DNA of 64,000 bases from Antedon mediterranea (lineage: Eukaryota > Animalia > Echinodermata), in assembly GCF_964355755.1 (NCBI RefSeq), contig NC_092673.1:15410948-15474947 (forward strand), given 5' to 3'. The first letter of the stretch is position 1. Every line of letters begins with the position of its first letter. The position numbers and the translations under genes were made by a program. The notes beneath the pieces were generated by a model that ran no database searches, was not told the origin of the DNA, and saw only the letters and a program-made list of their open reading frames with translations. This document shows, piece by piece, positions 20,601-30,737 of the stretch.

Positions 20601-23600
20601 TTTAATTACCGGTAATTGTATCTATCTTGTATTTCATGTGATTTTTAACGATATTTTTAAATTAATGCATACTGAGTTTATTTTTTAGTTGAATATTAAT
20701 TGGAATATTTACGTGAAATTGTGAACATTATAGCCAGTATAGTTTGTTTTAAATTAGCTATAAAAATGATAATTTATTTATTTGTTTCTTACAATTGAAT
20801 TTTGTGTACAGGCCTTGAATTTTACCGCGGCCACCGCGGCCAGTGCCGTCGGTGCCCTCCCAGTTGGCCTCAATGCCCTCGAAAATGAATAGCACCCACG
20901 GCCACTACTGGCCTGCCCTTTTTTTGCGTTGGCCGCGAGTGCCCTTCCCGAGTTTTACCACAATAAAAACCACTGAATTAGATAGAAAATAATGTCAAGA
21001 AGATTTGTTTACACGACTCGGACAAGACGCAAAACTATCACCTGTCTTTGTTGCAAGGGGATTTCCCTAAACGCATTTATTAATACACAAACAGTAAACA
21101 AAACATCGAACATTGCAATAGGGTAACCAAAACAATATCATCCCGGCCGCCGTACGTGGTAAATCATGGTATAGATAGTACATCAATATACAGGGGTGTA
21201 AACTTTTAATAATCAAGCTAAAAACGTTCCTCGATCGGAGGTTACTGAAAGTATTAAAGTCGCACAATAATCGAGCTAGCCGCCGCCTTCGATGAAAAAA
21301 ATATTACACGCACTCCTAGCTAGCCTAGCCTATCCTCCCGCCGCCGATCCGGTCGAACACACGCAATTCAATGCATTGGGAAAACAATTCTATTTGACGC
21401 ACACGCACCCTCTGATAAGAAATTTCACACACAAAAAACGTCGCGTGTGAGAGTACCACGCGCGAAGGATCGGCGGATCGTTGGAAAAACAATTCCTTTT
21501 GACGTACACGCACCCTCTGAGAAGAAAATACCATGTGCATTCCTGCATGGTGTAGTCCATTATACGTGTAAAATTAGGGGTGTTTACCTTTAGCACCAAA
21601 GTTAAACCTGCACCTCAACCCGAAGATCGTTGGAAGTATATCATATTTATATTTTATCGCACCCACCTCAATAATCCGGCAGACAGATCATCGAAAAATC
21701 TTGATTAACAACGTCGTACACTAAATTACCAAACGCATTTTTACCGAATTCAAGGAAATGGTATAGTCCAGAATACACGTGCCGAAGGCTAAACAGAGAG
21801 AGAAAGGGGTCGGTGTCCGTCCGTGTTTTGAATTCTTATAAATATGGGTTATACTAACAAAAAAGCTTCAGAAATCGAAACTCGGAAAATAACTATAATT
21901 TATATTCTACTACATAATGTAATTGGCTTGATTTTTACCGTGGTTAACACTCTGTGTATGAATAGTTGTAGGTAAGGCCTACAAACAAATTGTTTTTGTA
22001 TCATGTTTTCTCCGTCGGCTGCTAGCTAAGTAAGGCTGAGTAGCTTGCTGTTGGAAGGGTTTTTATACCTGTTCCGGGCCTTACTTGGTTGGCTTCACAT
22101 GCCTTTTTATCGCATTATTTGAAACTAAACGAAACATTCAACACAGGACGGTAAACTATAAACGCTGAACATCGTACCTATTTATTATTTATATAGATCG
22201 TAAATACACGTAATATTTATATGAAATACAAAAAGATGTATTGTAGACAGTCCTACTACTACTCCGCGATCTGATGAATAGGGGGAAATCCCAAAACATT
22301 TTGCAGGTAGAATTTTTTTTTGAAAAAAATTCCACCCTCAACCGGAAAAAAGCTATTTTTAAATTTTGGCCTAGTTATTAAAATATTTTTTAATTTTGGC
22401 CTTGGTGCCCCTTTGATTTAAAACAAATGGCCTTGGTGCCCTCCCATTTGGCCTTGGTGCCCCTAAAATCAATGAAAACCGGAGGCCAAATGGCCTTGCC
22501 CCTAAAATCCCCAAATTCGAGGCCTGTGTGTAACAGTTGTTTGAAAACAAATGCTGATGTTCTCTCTTTTCTTTATTTATCCCCCGGTTGAAAAAAAAAA
22601 AGACAAAAGTAATGGGTACAGTATTTATACAGTACATCAATTTCTGTAAGAGAACATAAATTTACGTTATTATCTGGTTTAACTTCTATTGCAATCAATC
22701 ATGTTTTACAATCTCGTCCTGCACCAAAGCAACACACGGGTCCTACTAAACACCACTCGCAACCACGTCGTCCTACCACTAGCTACAACGCGCAACCACT
22801 CGCAACCGAAATTCATATTATTAATTAAAGTACATTTGGCTTATTTATTGTTGTATTATCAATAAAAACATCAAATTAGTCAAAAAACGACGGAAAAACA
22901 ATCGTCATTCAATGCGTCAACATTGTCCACGACATGTGTACACAGTACTCACGCAAGAAATAACAACTCAGAATATTGAGGGCTTAAGTGACAAGTGCCA
23001 GCCATTAATTATTCTAATGTTTTTCATAACAATTATGTCATTTAACCATTATTTTATTTCTTTAGATGTAATACAGTTACTGACAGAACAAAAATACAGG
23101 GATTTTTTTCTCGCGGATCTGAATAGATTAAATTATGTATTAAAATATACAGTACATGCCCATAATAATACAATACAAAAAGGTACAATTTAATTAATTA
23201 TTATTATTATTAATTTAATTATATTATTATGATAGGCCAAACAAGTATAAGAATAGGTATTTAACTTTCCAATATTAATTTTAATATAAACAGCAATTGA
23301 CAGCAGCCCAGAATGTACTGCACATTCAAAGTCAACGCCGACACCCAGTTCTAACGATTGGCCATCGTTGCCAGAACCAAAGTCAATGCCGACACCCAGT
23401 TCTAACGATTGGCCATCGTTGCCAGAACCAAAGTCAACGCCGACACCCAGTTCTAACGATTGGCCATCGTTGCCAGAACCAAAGTCAACGTCGACACCCC
23501 ATTATAATAAGGAAGCGAAACGAAATAAACCAAAGCACAACAAGAAATAACAGTGTAAATTGTTTCATGACGAACCCGCTGATAAATTGAACGTGAATGT

Positions 23601-26600
23601 ATCGATTGGACTTACTAATTCTGAACCTGACTTGAACTTTGACGCGAATTTATTGAATGGACTTACTACTTCCGAACCTGGCTTGAACATTGACGCAAAT
23701 TTATCAAATGGACCTACAACTTCCGAACCTGACTTGGAATTTGACGCGAATTTATTGAATGGACTTACTATTTCTGAACCTGACTTAAAATTTGACGCGA
23801 ATTTATCAAATGGACTTACAGTACTACTTCTGAACCCGACTTGGACTTTGACGCGAATTTATCGAATGAACTTACTATTTCTGAACCCGACTTAAAATTT
23901 GATGCGAATTTATCGAATGGACTTACTACTTCTGAACCTGACTTGGACGCGAATTTAGCGAATGGACTTTATACTACTTCTGAATCAGACTCAAAATTTG
24001 ATGCGAATTTATCGAATGGACTTACTACTTCTGAACCTGACTTGAACTTTGACGCAAATTTATCGAATGGACTTACTATATCTGAACCGGACTTGAACTT
24101 TGACACGAATTTATCGAATGGCCTTACAGTACTAGTTCTGAAACTGATAAATTGAACACTGTACTTCTGAACAAATAACTATACTAATATTTCGATGGCT
24201 GGCACAATTCAAGGGCCAGGTAAATTTTTAGAGCCTGAACAAATTTTGTCTGTATTTATGTTTTCCGCACCAAGTAGTAGTGCTGTTCCCGATGGACTTA
24301 AAGACAAATGTATATTTTTTATTAGTTAATTATTATTAATGTCTTGCGTTGAAACCAAAAGAAAAAGTCTAGCTACTGTACTGTACGTCGATGACTGTGG
24401 TGCTTGGAGTTCAAAAAGCTCTTCAAACTTACACATGTACATCTTTGACAATAATCAGAAACTTTACTTTGTCGTCAAATGCAATGGACTATACTGCAGA
24501 AATAACAAAAAAAAACACTTGATTCTCAACCAGACGAAGACAAAATTATAGTTTTCAGATGGTATTACACAACTTTAAAACCAAAAAGAGGGACCAAGAA
24601 TTCATTAGGACATCTGAAACAACGTGTACAAAAATGAAAGTTTACCAACAAATGGTATTAAATGATGCCGAGTGCAACCCGCCGAGAGACCTTAAACAGG
24701 TACAAACCATCAAGCATACCGAGACCATCAAATTGCATCCAAACCAACATAGAAAGAACACTGCAGACGACATCCAAACACTCTTAAACAGTTATCAGGA
24801 CAGCGATTTCATACAAGAGATCATACATACAAAGGGCAGTCCACCACGTCTGTACTTGGAATCGACAGAACATTTAACTTAGGACCTTGTTATGTAACAA
24901 CAACTATATACCATAACAAGAACTTAATGCGTAAAGGCAAACATTTACATTCAGTAATGCTCGGTCCGGTTTTTTTTAGGCTATGTTAAGAAGGTGTCAG
25001 AAATACTTTATAATTACTGTATGTAATTAAGCCGCACATGTCAACCAAATGGGTGCCAATAGATCGGAAAACAACTCCTGCGAGAGCATTAATAACATTT
25101 TAAAACTAAGTACAAATTGGAAATGCCTTAAATTGCCTGATTTGATAAAAAGACTACGAGATGTTAGGTTACAGTTGACAGAAATACAGAGAGCTATAGA
25201 CGGTACTGGGAATTTTGTGTTGTCACCATGGGTATCGACAATCAGCTCCCAAAAAAGAAAATAATGTCCACAACAGATGGGTTATTGCACTTTCCAATGA
25301 CACCAAAAAGTGCAAGAAAGCTTGGGCAAAGGCGAGGATTAAAAAGAACGGTAACTTAAAAAAAATAGTTAAGTTTCAAGGTTGAACAGTATTATAATAT
25401 TTCTATTTAAAAATACGCCGTGGTTAGGATTCCGGCCCCAGAACTCAACTGCCCAGCGTTAGGGAATCCGACACGCTATTGCGCATGCCCAGAGCGAAGT
25501 AATCGGCGACTCTATACTCCATCTACAGACTAACAGCGATGGATTAAATAGCTGCGCCACGGCGAACTAGCCTAGATGCCTACCAGCTAGATGTGACCAG
25601 GGGCCTATTTATTACGTAATTAAAAAAGTGGTTGCTTCATGACTAGTTTTATGATATTTCAAGTACAAAATAAAAGATTTCATATAACGCATTATACTGT
25701 AATAACTGCGTATACAAGTTAATTTGTTGACGGGAGCCGCCACGCGGATATGATGTGAAAAAACAGAACTGTTCGGGGAGTCAGGGTCGCAACGCTACGC
25801 TATTTTCGTACAGTTCTTGAAATACGCAAGCGTTATGACACTGGGCAGGCCTGTGTTTTTCTCCCGTTCCGAACTTCATACTTCCTCTGTCTAATAAAAT
25901 TACAGCATTACGATTCTTAGATAGATACTGATTCTTATCAATATCATAGTAATTATTTTAACGCATGGCGTAGTCGTATTTTAATTATTAATTCACGTAT
26001 GGCCTAGGCCAAGTTTCATCCATCACTCTCTTCCCCGCGCAACGACTAACTAGGCAGTAAATCCCTTAGGACACTCCGACTCTCTGTGGTGTGGTGCGCA
26101 GTCTGTGGCACTAAGTGTCGGATTCCCTAACGGTGGGCAGTTCCGGTGCCGGAATCCTAACCACGGCGTTAAAAATAAACATGTGTTCTTTGTATAAGGA
26201 TGTTCAAATAAAATATTATTTTGCAACAATGACTTGTTATTACCGTAAACGATTTTATGTTTCCAAATACAGTACAACTTATTCATTCAAAATATGTCAA
26301 CATAATAATATTAATAATAATAATAAGAAAGTAATAAAAAAAAATTCAGTATAGCCTAATTGTTCATCACTAAGCCTAGGCTAGGCCTAGGCCCTATTAC
26401 CTATTTGTGACCCGATCTCGCAAAACCCTCTCTTTGTCGGCAATTCAAAATTCACGTAATCAGTCAAAATACGTCCAATTCGACTACCCTGGCAGATTAC
26501 ATATTTTTGCATTTTCGAAATATTTCACTATTTAAGAATACGTCTACCTGATTTAAACTCCCGAAATTTAATTAAAATTATGAAAAAATAAAGTTTTAAA

Positions 26601-28452
26601 AACATGTATTTTCCTCAAGCCTAACAATTTATTCACGATCTACGCTAAAATTTTGCGTAAATTCAGGTGAAAGTTGCCGAGTTTGACGATATTTTGATCG
26701 CCAGTTCGCTGCACAATGTTGAAAGGTCACACATCAAAATAAAGCTCATCCATTTGACATTCCAAATATGGAAGTTTTAGGGCGGCGTTTAAAGAAGGAA
26801 CCAATGAAATCTTTGATTTACTATGACATAATTTTAGAAAATTCGGTTCTTCGAAGTTTCTGGAACAGCGAGCTGCGTGTGTTGCTATGGCGCATCATCG
26901 CAATAACAAACGTTATTGGTCAACGCGCTAGATGTTATACGTTCTACGCGCGGAAATAAAAAGTTGTTTACATTTTTGTGAGGTTATTTTCATTTTACAC
27001 ACAGCATGTCGTAAATTGGAATAAAAACGATTTTAATATTCAAAGTAAAGTGTTCGGCGTGTTCTGCAATAGCTGTAGCCTGTATTTGTTTATTCCATAG
27101 TAAAATAGACAAGTCAAAAACAATTCATAAATTCAATTGTATTTTCTATATTTTTTTGGGCTAGGCCTTAATTTTATTATGGTTGTAGGCCTACTACTAC
27201 TGGGCCTAGCTTTATTGTCAATAAATAGTTTTCTTTATACATTTTATATATCCAATCGGCTCTTAATTATTTATTTAATTTATTGTCCAGTCCATTCATA
27301 TTAAATGTTTTTTTTTAATCATTGGATTCAAGTCCAAACATTACAGCGAATCTTCCACGTTATAAAAAAAATAAATGTATTAAATCGTCAAGACAATGTT
27401 AGTATAGCTAGCAAGCTGTGACTCTGCAAGGCGCCAAACTTGTCTAGGCTAGTTTACTACTAACGCCGGCCCAGTGTCGATGCACCCCTGCCATACACGG
27501 CTTGATGAACACCCATCAGTAAAGTCTTAGTCTTACAGGCGATGACGACGAAAATCTGAATAGGCCTAGCTAGGCCTAGGCCTGCTTGGTTTTTCGTTGT
27601 TGATATCGTAAACACCTACGAAACCAGTTAAAATAAGCTTGACGTTATAATGCTGCTTTTCAATAGTGCAAAATAGTTAATTCGAGTGACTAAATAGGTT
27701 AAAACGGGGTCTGAAATCAGTCAAATTGACTATGATGTGCACGCTGCTATTATATCGCACACACTTCCTGGTATGACGTCATTGTGCCTTAGACCAAAAT
27801 ACCGCGTTGCTACGGAGTGAGTTTTCAGCGCCTATCAAAAAGAATTTCATTACAAACTTCAAACGCGATTTTCTCGTAAACTAATTGAATGATTTGTAAG
27901 TTTTTAAAATGTAATAACTTTTTAAATATTTACTCAATTTTTATGAAATTAACACCACTACAAAGCTTATGATTAAAATAATCCAAATATATAAAAAAAT
28001 ACAAAATGAATATTTCCGACAAAAGTAGGGTTTTGCCAGATGGGGTCACATTTATTAAAAACACTCTCATATGCGAATTATTACATTGCTGAAGAAGGCC
28101 GCTTTCTTTGGTCATAATTCTTGATAGAGGCCTAGGCCGGGACGAATCGTCTCGGGACGAATCGTGCCTCTGTCTGACAGTGGTTCACTCTGAGTTTGAT
28201 ACTTATCAATACAACAAAAAGGAGGTCAATGGCCGCCTAGAGTAGAGGCCTAGTAGGCCTAGGCTAGGCTAGCCTACTACTAGCTAGGCCCTAGGCCTTG
28301 TAATAAAATAAATACTTTACTTTACCGTTTAGAAATCGTCGATCAGATACATCATCAACTGTTGAAGAATTAATAAATTCTCTGTGCATACGTTTACATA
28401 CAAATTCTAAAATCCAATTCCATATTTGAGTATTTTCAAAATGTTCAGACAT
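11488..28452 (-). CDS. TERF: Telomeric repeat-binding factor (TRF1/TRF2 family): TRFH domain, hinge, C-terminal Myb telobox; 12 coding exons, ~445 aa
   Basis: Exons 28452-28326, 19473-19235, 17367-17278, 16832-16683, 15537-15425, 14495-14381, 13864-13828, 13503-13410, 12637-12584, 12496-12461, 12118-12048 and 11699-11488 are all GT-AG with compatible phases (1338 nt total). TRFH-like motifs: WILEF, LTQLSDG..LTTLEDA, AVLVWCRNNDFIKA, SYKDF..EPFLIK. Telobox: GVRKYGEGNWAKI..RSAVDLKDKWRNM. Confidence 0.9.
12048..12118 (-). CDS. TERF: TRF exon 11 (PFVTGAPGDQIKWDDDEEEEEVE)
   Basis: tttcag acceptor, gtaagt donor, phase 2/1; W followed by an acidic stretch, as before the Myb domain of vertebrate TRF2. 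Confidence 0.8.
12461..12496 (-). CDS. TERF: TRF exon 10 (PLRIKLRRTRPL)
   Basis: tttcag acceptor, gtaaga donor, phase 2/2. Confidence 0.7.
12584..12637 (-). CDS. TERF: TRF exon 9 (IKQKRTMNKPGTTESKSR)
   Basis: aaatag acceptor, gtttgt donor, phase 2/2. Confidence 0.6.
12797..13390. repeat. 27-bp minisatellite (~22 units) in TRF intron 8; encodes CTCPQCGHP/CTCPQCEHL on the minus strand
   Basis: Unit CACATTGTGGGCAAGTACAAGGGTGTC, with two 33-bp variants; five of six frames are open. Confidence 0.95.
13410..13503 (-). CDS. TERF: TRF exon 8 (DCDIFDGPSTSGNKRQKRSEDESDKNETEDSR)
   Basis: ccatag acceptor, gtttgt donor, phase 1/2. Confidence 0.72.
13828..13864 (-). CDS. TERF: TRF exon 7, 37 nt (VQSEKDQKDVMS)
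   Basis: ttgtag acceptor, gtatgt donor, phase 0/1. Confidence 0.7.
14381..14495 (-). CDS. TERF: TRF exon 6 (ICKRMSEHMSQRAGVDQDIMLSDIKRNEKLHIANVTRK)
   Basis: tttcag acceptor, gtgagg donor, phase 2/0. Confidence 0.8.
14818..14920. repeat. 15-16 bp tandem repeat (CGTAAAA(T)CCAGGGTA x ~5), probably the subterminal array of a Tc1-type MITE ending CTACTG-TA
   Basis: Direct reading. Confidence 0.7.
15099..15302. mobile_element. ~200-bp near-perfect palindrome, likely inverted Penelope pLTR pair
   Basis: TGATATAAAGTTTGCAGTACAC...GTGTACTGCAAACTTTATATCA; arms pair over ~95 bp. Confidence 0.7.
15425..15537 (-). CDS. TERF: TRF exon 5 (hinge, basic RKRKPKKK NLS-like)
   Basis: ttccag acceptor, gtaaga donor, phase 0/2. 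Confidence 0.8.
15770..16443. mobile_element. MITE with TIR CAGAAAGAAAxTACTGC and internal CGTAGCCTAC repeats
   Basis: CAGAAAGAAATTACTGC...GCAGTATTTTCTTTCTG followed by TA. Confidence 0.7.
16500..16668 (-). mobile_element. tRNA-derived SINE fragment
   Basis: B-box GGTTCAATTCC followed by CCAGTCCACTCAGCTGTAAATGAGTACC, a typical conserved SINE central motif. Confidence 0.65.
16683..16832 (-). CDS. TERF: TRF exon 4 (end of TRFH)
   Basis: ETKSILRDVIKSHRRTHIEIRNKSYKDFLQETHQYLEVIYSTFDEPFLIK; cttcag acceptor, gtaagt donor. Confidence 0.9.
17278..17367 (-). CDS. TERF: TRF exon 3 (AVLVWCRNNDFIKAEEVFTNCWEKDVKVDE)
   Basis: Matches TRFH AVxxCxxNxxFxxA; GT-AG, 90 nt. Confidence 0.9.
17556..18631. mobile_element. 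Tc1/mariner-type non-autonomous element
   Basis: ~55-bp TIR CAGTACTGGTYAGAGGACTTTCGACATTCC, with TA on both sides. Confidence 0.85.
19235..19473 (-). CDS. TERF: TRF exon 2 (TRFH core)
   Basis: RLLKYIHLLTQLSDG...SGLTTLEDAMHTIEEM...LKQLIRKE; tgatag acceptor, gtcagt donor. Confidence 0.9.
19890..19995 (-). pseudogene. Possible integrase zinc-binding (HHCC) fragment
   Basis: VHSRHLHAGYIGDCHKHLYDVLHRFYW resembles H..xH.G....RFYW; short and isolated. Confidence 0.25.
20809..22526. mobile_element. hAT-like non-autonomous element with apparent 6-bp TSD
   Basis: TIR CAGGCCTTGAATTT/AAATTCGAGGCCTG; subterminal TGGCCTTGGTGCCC repeats; TGTGTA on both flanks. Confidence 0.75.
23326..23500 (+). repeat. 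51-bp repeat x ~3.4 (PKSTPTPSSNDWPSLPE)
   Basis: Direct reading. Confidence 0.9.
23570..24160 (+). repeat. 51-bp repeat x ~11 (TTSEPDLNFDANLSNGL)
   Basis: Direct reading. Confidence 0.9.
25416..26168. mobile_element. MULE-type MITE
   Basis: TIR CGCCGTGGTTAGGATTCCGGC; perfect 9-bp TSD TTAAAAATA. Confidence 0.9.
26406..28050. mobile_element. TIR element with TGT...ACA ends (superfamily unassigned)
   Basis: TGTGACCCGATCTCGCAAAACCC...TTTGTCGG / CCGACAAAAGTAGGGTTTTGCCAGATGGGGTCACA. Confidence 0.75.
28326..28452 (-). CDS. TERF: TRF exon 1 (MSEHFENTQIWNWILEFVCKRMHREFINSSTVDDVSDRRFLN)
   Basis: ATG at 28452, gtaaag donor, phase 1 matches exon 2; resembles the first TRFH helix (xxWxLxF). Confidence 0.8.
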
Positions 28453-28461
28453 GTTGAAACG

Positions 28462-28484
28462 AATGAGAGTTCCCGCTTTTCAAT
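28462..28484 (-). promoter_or_regulatory. Possible E2F-type element (GCGGGAA next to TTGAA) just upstream of the TRF ATG
   Basis: Minus strand reads TTGAAAAGCGGGAACTC about 18 nt before the start codon; motif match only. Confidence 0.3.
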
Positions 28485-29297
28485 TCTTTATTTAACAAAT
28501 GTCTAGTCCACCGCACCACCACCACAGCAGCAGCGCAGCAGCAGGTAGTATAAATAAACAAACTGCCAATCATGTTTTATTTTTTACGCAACGTCTGGTG
28601 TAAAAGGCTAGTCAGGCCAATAAATAATAGCAATTTAGTAATATTTATTGTGTTTTATTATAACCAATGTGGTTACAGTTAAAAACAATAATAAAGAGTA
28701 GGAATTTAATATAAACATGATAAATGACATTCACATAGCAATTTATCACTGTGTTTTGCTATAACCAATTTGGTTACAGCATGGTTACAGTTACACACAT
28801 TATGATAACAAATGGGATACAATGAATTATGATAAAAGATATTACATACTGTAGGCCTATTTATTTTCTATAGCACACAAGTTGTATGATATGATACAAT
28901 AGATTTTCTCCCAATTATTGAAGACATTTGCGATAATGCGTGCGTAGCATAGTGCACCTAACAAGATCATTTTTGCTATTTAAAACTCACATTTTAAAAC
29001 CGTAAACGCATAAATTTGCAGTAGGCCTACTAGGCCTACGCTATATTCATAAGATACGGTACAATAGTATAGATTTGTACAAAAGGAGCAGAACAATTAA
29101 ATGTAACTGTCCCATTAAATCTACTGAAAAATGATCGCAAAGAATTTATTTATAACTAGAGGGTACTTCGAGAGTACAAACCTCCGCCTACTGTAAAATT
29201 CCCCTACATAAAATGTCTCCGGAAAATATATATATATATTTTTTTTTTATTAGTTGTAAGTGTAAAAAGGCTAACTGCACACTACAAAGTTGTGGAT

Positions 29298-29376
29298 GAG
29301 AGTTTGGTGTAATGGTTATGTATCCAGCCTCTCACAGTTGAGATCGCTGGTTCAAGTCCCACTGAGAGTTTTTTTT
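29298..29376 (+). mobile_element. tRNA-derived SINE head / tRNA pseudogene
   Basis: A-box TGGTGTAATGG (29305), B-box GGTTCAAGTCC (29349), followed by a T run; acceptor stem does not pair. Confidence 0.55.
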
Positions 29377-29377
29377 A

Positions 29378-30737
29378 AACATCTAATGTAGCCAGAACAG
29401 AATTATTAGGTAAATTTTGAATTTGGTTAATTTTGCGGATAAAGTCCGTGGAGTCCTGAATGTATGAAGGCAGATCAGTCACATATGGTCTAAGTAAATC
29501 GTCCACATATTCAGAAATTTTCTCTGTAGCAGTGCCATTGCCCGAAATAATGGGTCTACCAGGATAGCCTGCTTTGTGGATTTTAGGTAGGAAATAAAAT
29601 CTGCCTGGAACTGGATTGACCTGTGTGCCAAATGAGGTCCAATCTTAGGATCGATGGAGTGTTTTTTTACCATCACAGAAACAGATTTGGCCACCTTATC
29701 CGCAATTTCCGGAGTGGGATCCGTTGTAAGTTTACGATAATGAAGAAGATTGTTTAGCTGTCCTAAGGACTCCTCTTCATAAAATTTGATGTCCATGGCA
29801 ACAGTGGCAGAACCTTTATCAGCGGGTTTAATGATAATATCATTACGCTGACGCAATTTGGCAATGGCCTGCCTCTCTTGTTTTGAGAGATTGTCACGTT
29901 TATCTGGACTCGGGACGTAGTTTTGTACATCCTTCTCAATAGCCTGAATAAATGTTTCTAAAGCTGGACAACGATTTTTAGGTGGATTCCAGGAACTTTT
30001 TGGTTTAAATTTGTTAGCGTTGCCTTCGTTTTGCGTGGTGCTGCTGTCTGAATCAGCAAAATGTTCACGTAATCGTAATCTTCTGGAGAAAGACTCCATA
30101 TCCAAAGATAGTTGTTGTGCGCCGACCTGCCTTGGTTTTGGGCAGAATTTAAGTCCTCGGGAAAGAAGTTTTTTCTCTCCTTCGGAAAGTCGGCAATTAA
30201 TTTCAACAACTGAATCAGAGGTGTTGCTCCGATTCTTGTTATAAGTCCGAACGAACCTTCTGCAGGGTTTCCTAAAAGCCCTGAAATCATCCGAAGGTAG
30301 AGTCATTTGTGTTGAAATGACCAAGTCTGCAGGTATAGACCAAATTTGTGATGTCCCCTTCGAGCCATTGCCGTTGATTGCTTACATCAATCATTGGCGA
30401 TAATCCTGAGTTTGTTTTGAAACTCGGATGCAGGAAGTTCTCTTTTCAACTTCTTAGTTCTAGAGTGAATTTCAACGTCAAACTCAGTGAGGATTTTCCG
30501 GCAATTGCCAATTTAGATCTCATTGAGTTGACAAGCATTTTTGTGAAGGACAGCGTTCCAACGAGAACGCATGTCATCATCTGCAAATCGAATACCAGAT
30601 GTGACATAAAATTGAAGTCCTTTAGGGGCCGAATGTTTAGAACGATGTAAAAGAAAAGTATGTAAATGGTGACGATACCTGACACGTTTCTCGGACAGGC
30701 GACGTAATTTGGTAAAGTTATCCAAAGTACCCTCCAT
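29378..30737 (-). mobile_element. Penelope-like retroelement, 3'-truncated and frameshifted RT
   Basis: LLSRGLKFCPKP, FSRRLRLREHF, DNLSKQERQAIAKLRQRNDIIIKPADKGSATV, YFLPKIHK..PGRPIISG, LPSYIQDSTDF; ends at LATLDV. Confidence 0.92.

Larger units (their letters stand above)
22738..25360 (+). pseudogene. Decayed MULE (Mutator-like) transposase with two internal 51-bp coding minisatellites
   Basis: YVDDCGAW, PRDLKQVQ, NTADDIQTLL, LGPCYVTT and the catalytic-E motif NNSCESINNILK; many stops and deletions. Confidence 0.7.

Noticed and set aside
29298-29370. Functional tRNA gene
   Set aside because: A and B boxes are present but the acceptor stem does not pair; treated as a SINE head
28452-30737. 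Functional link between the telomerase-related Penelope RT and the neighbouring TRF gene
   Set aside because: The RT is frameshifted and truncated before its catalytic DD; adjacency is expected in TE-dense DNA; no TTAGGG arrays seen
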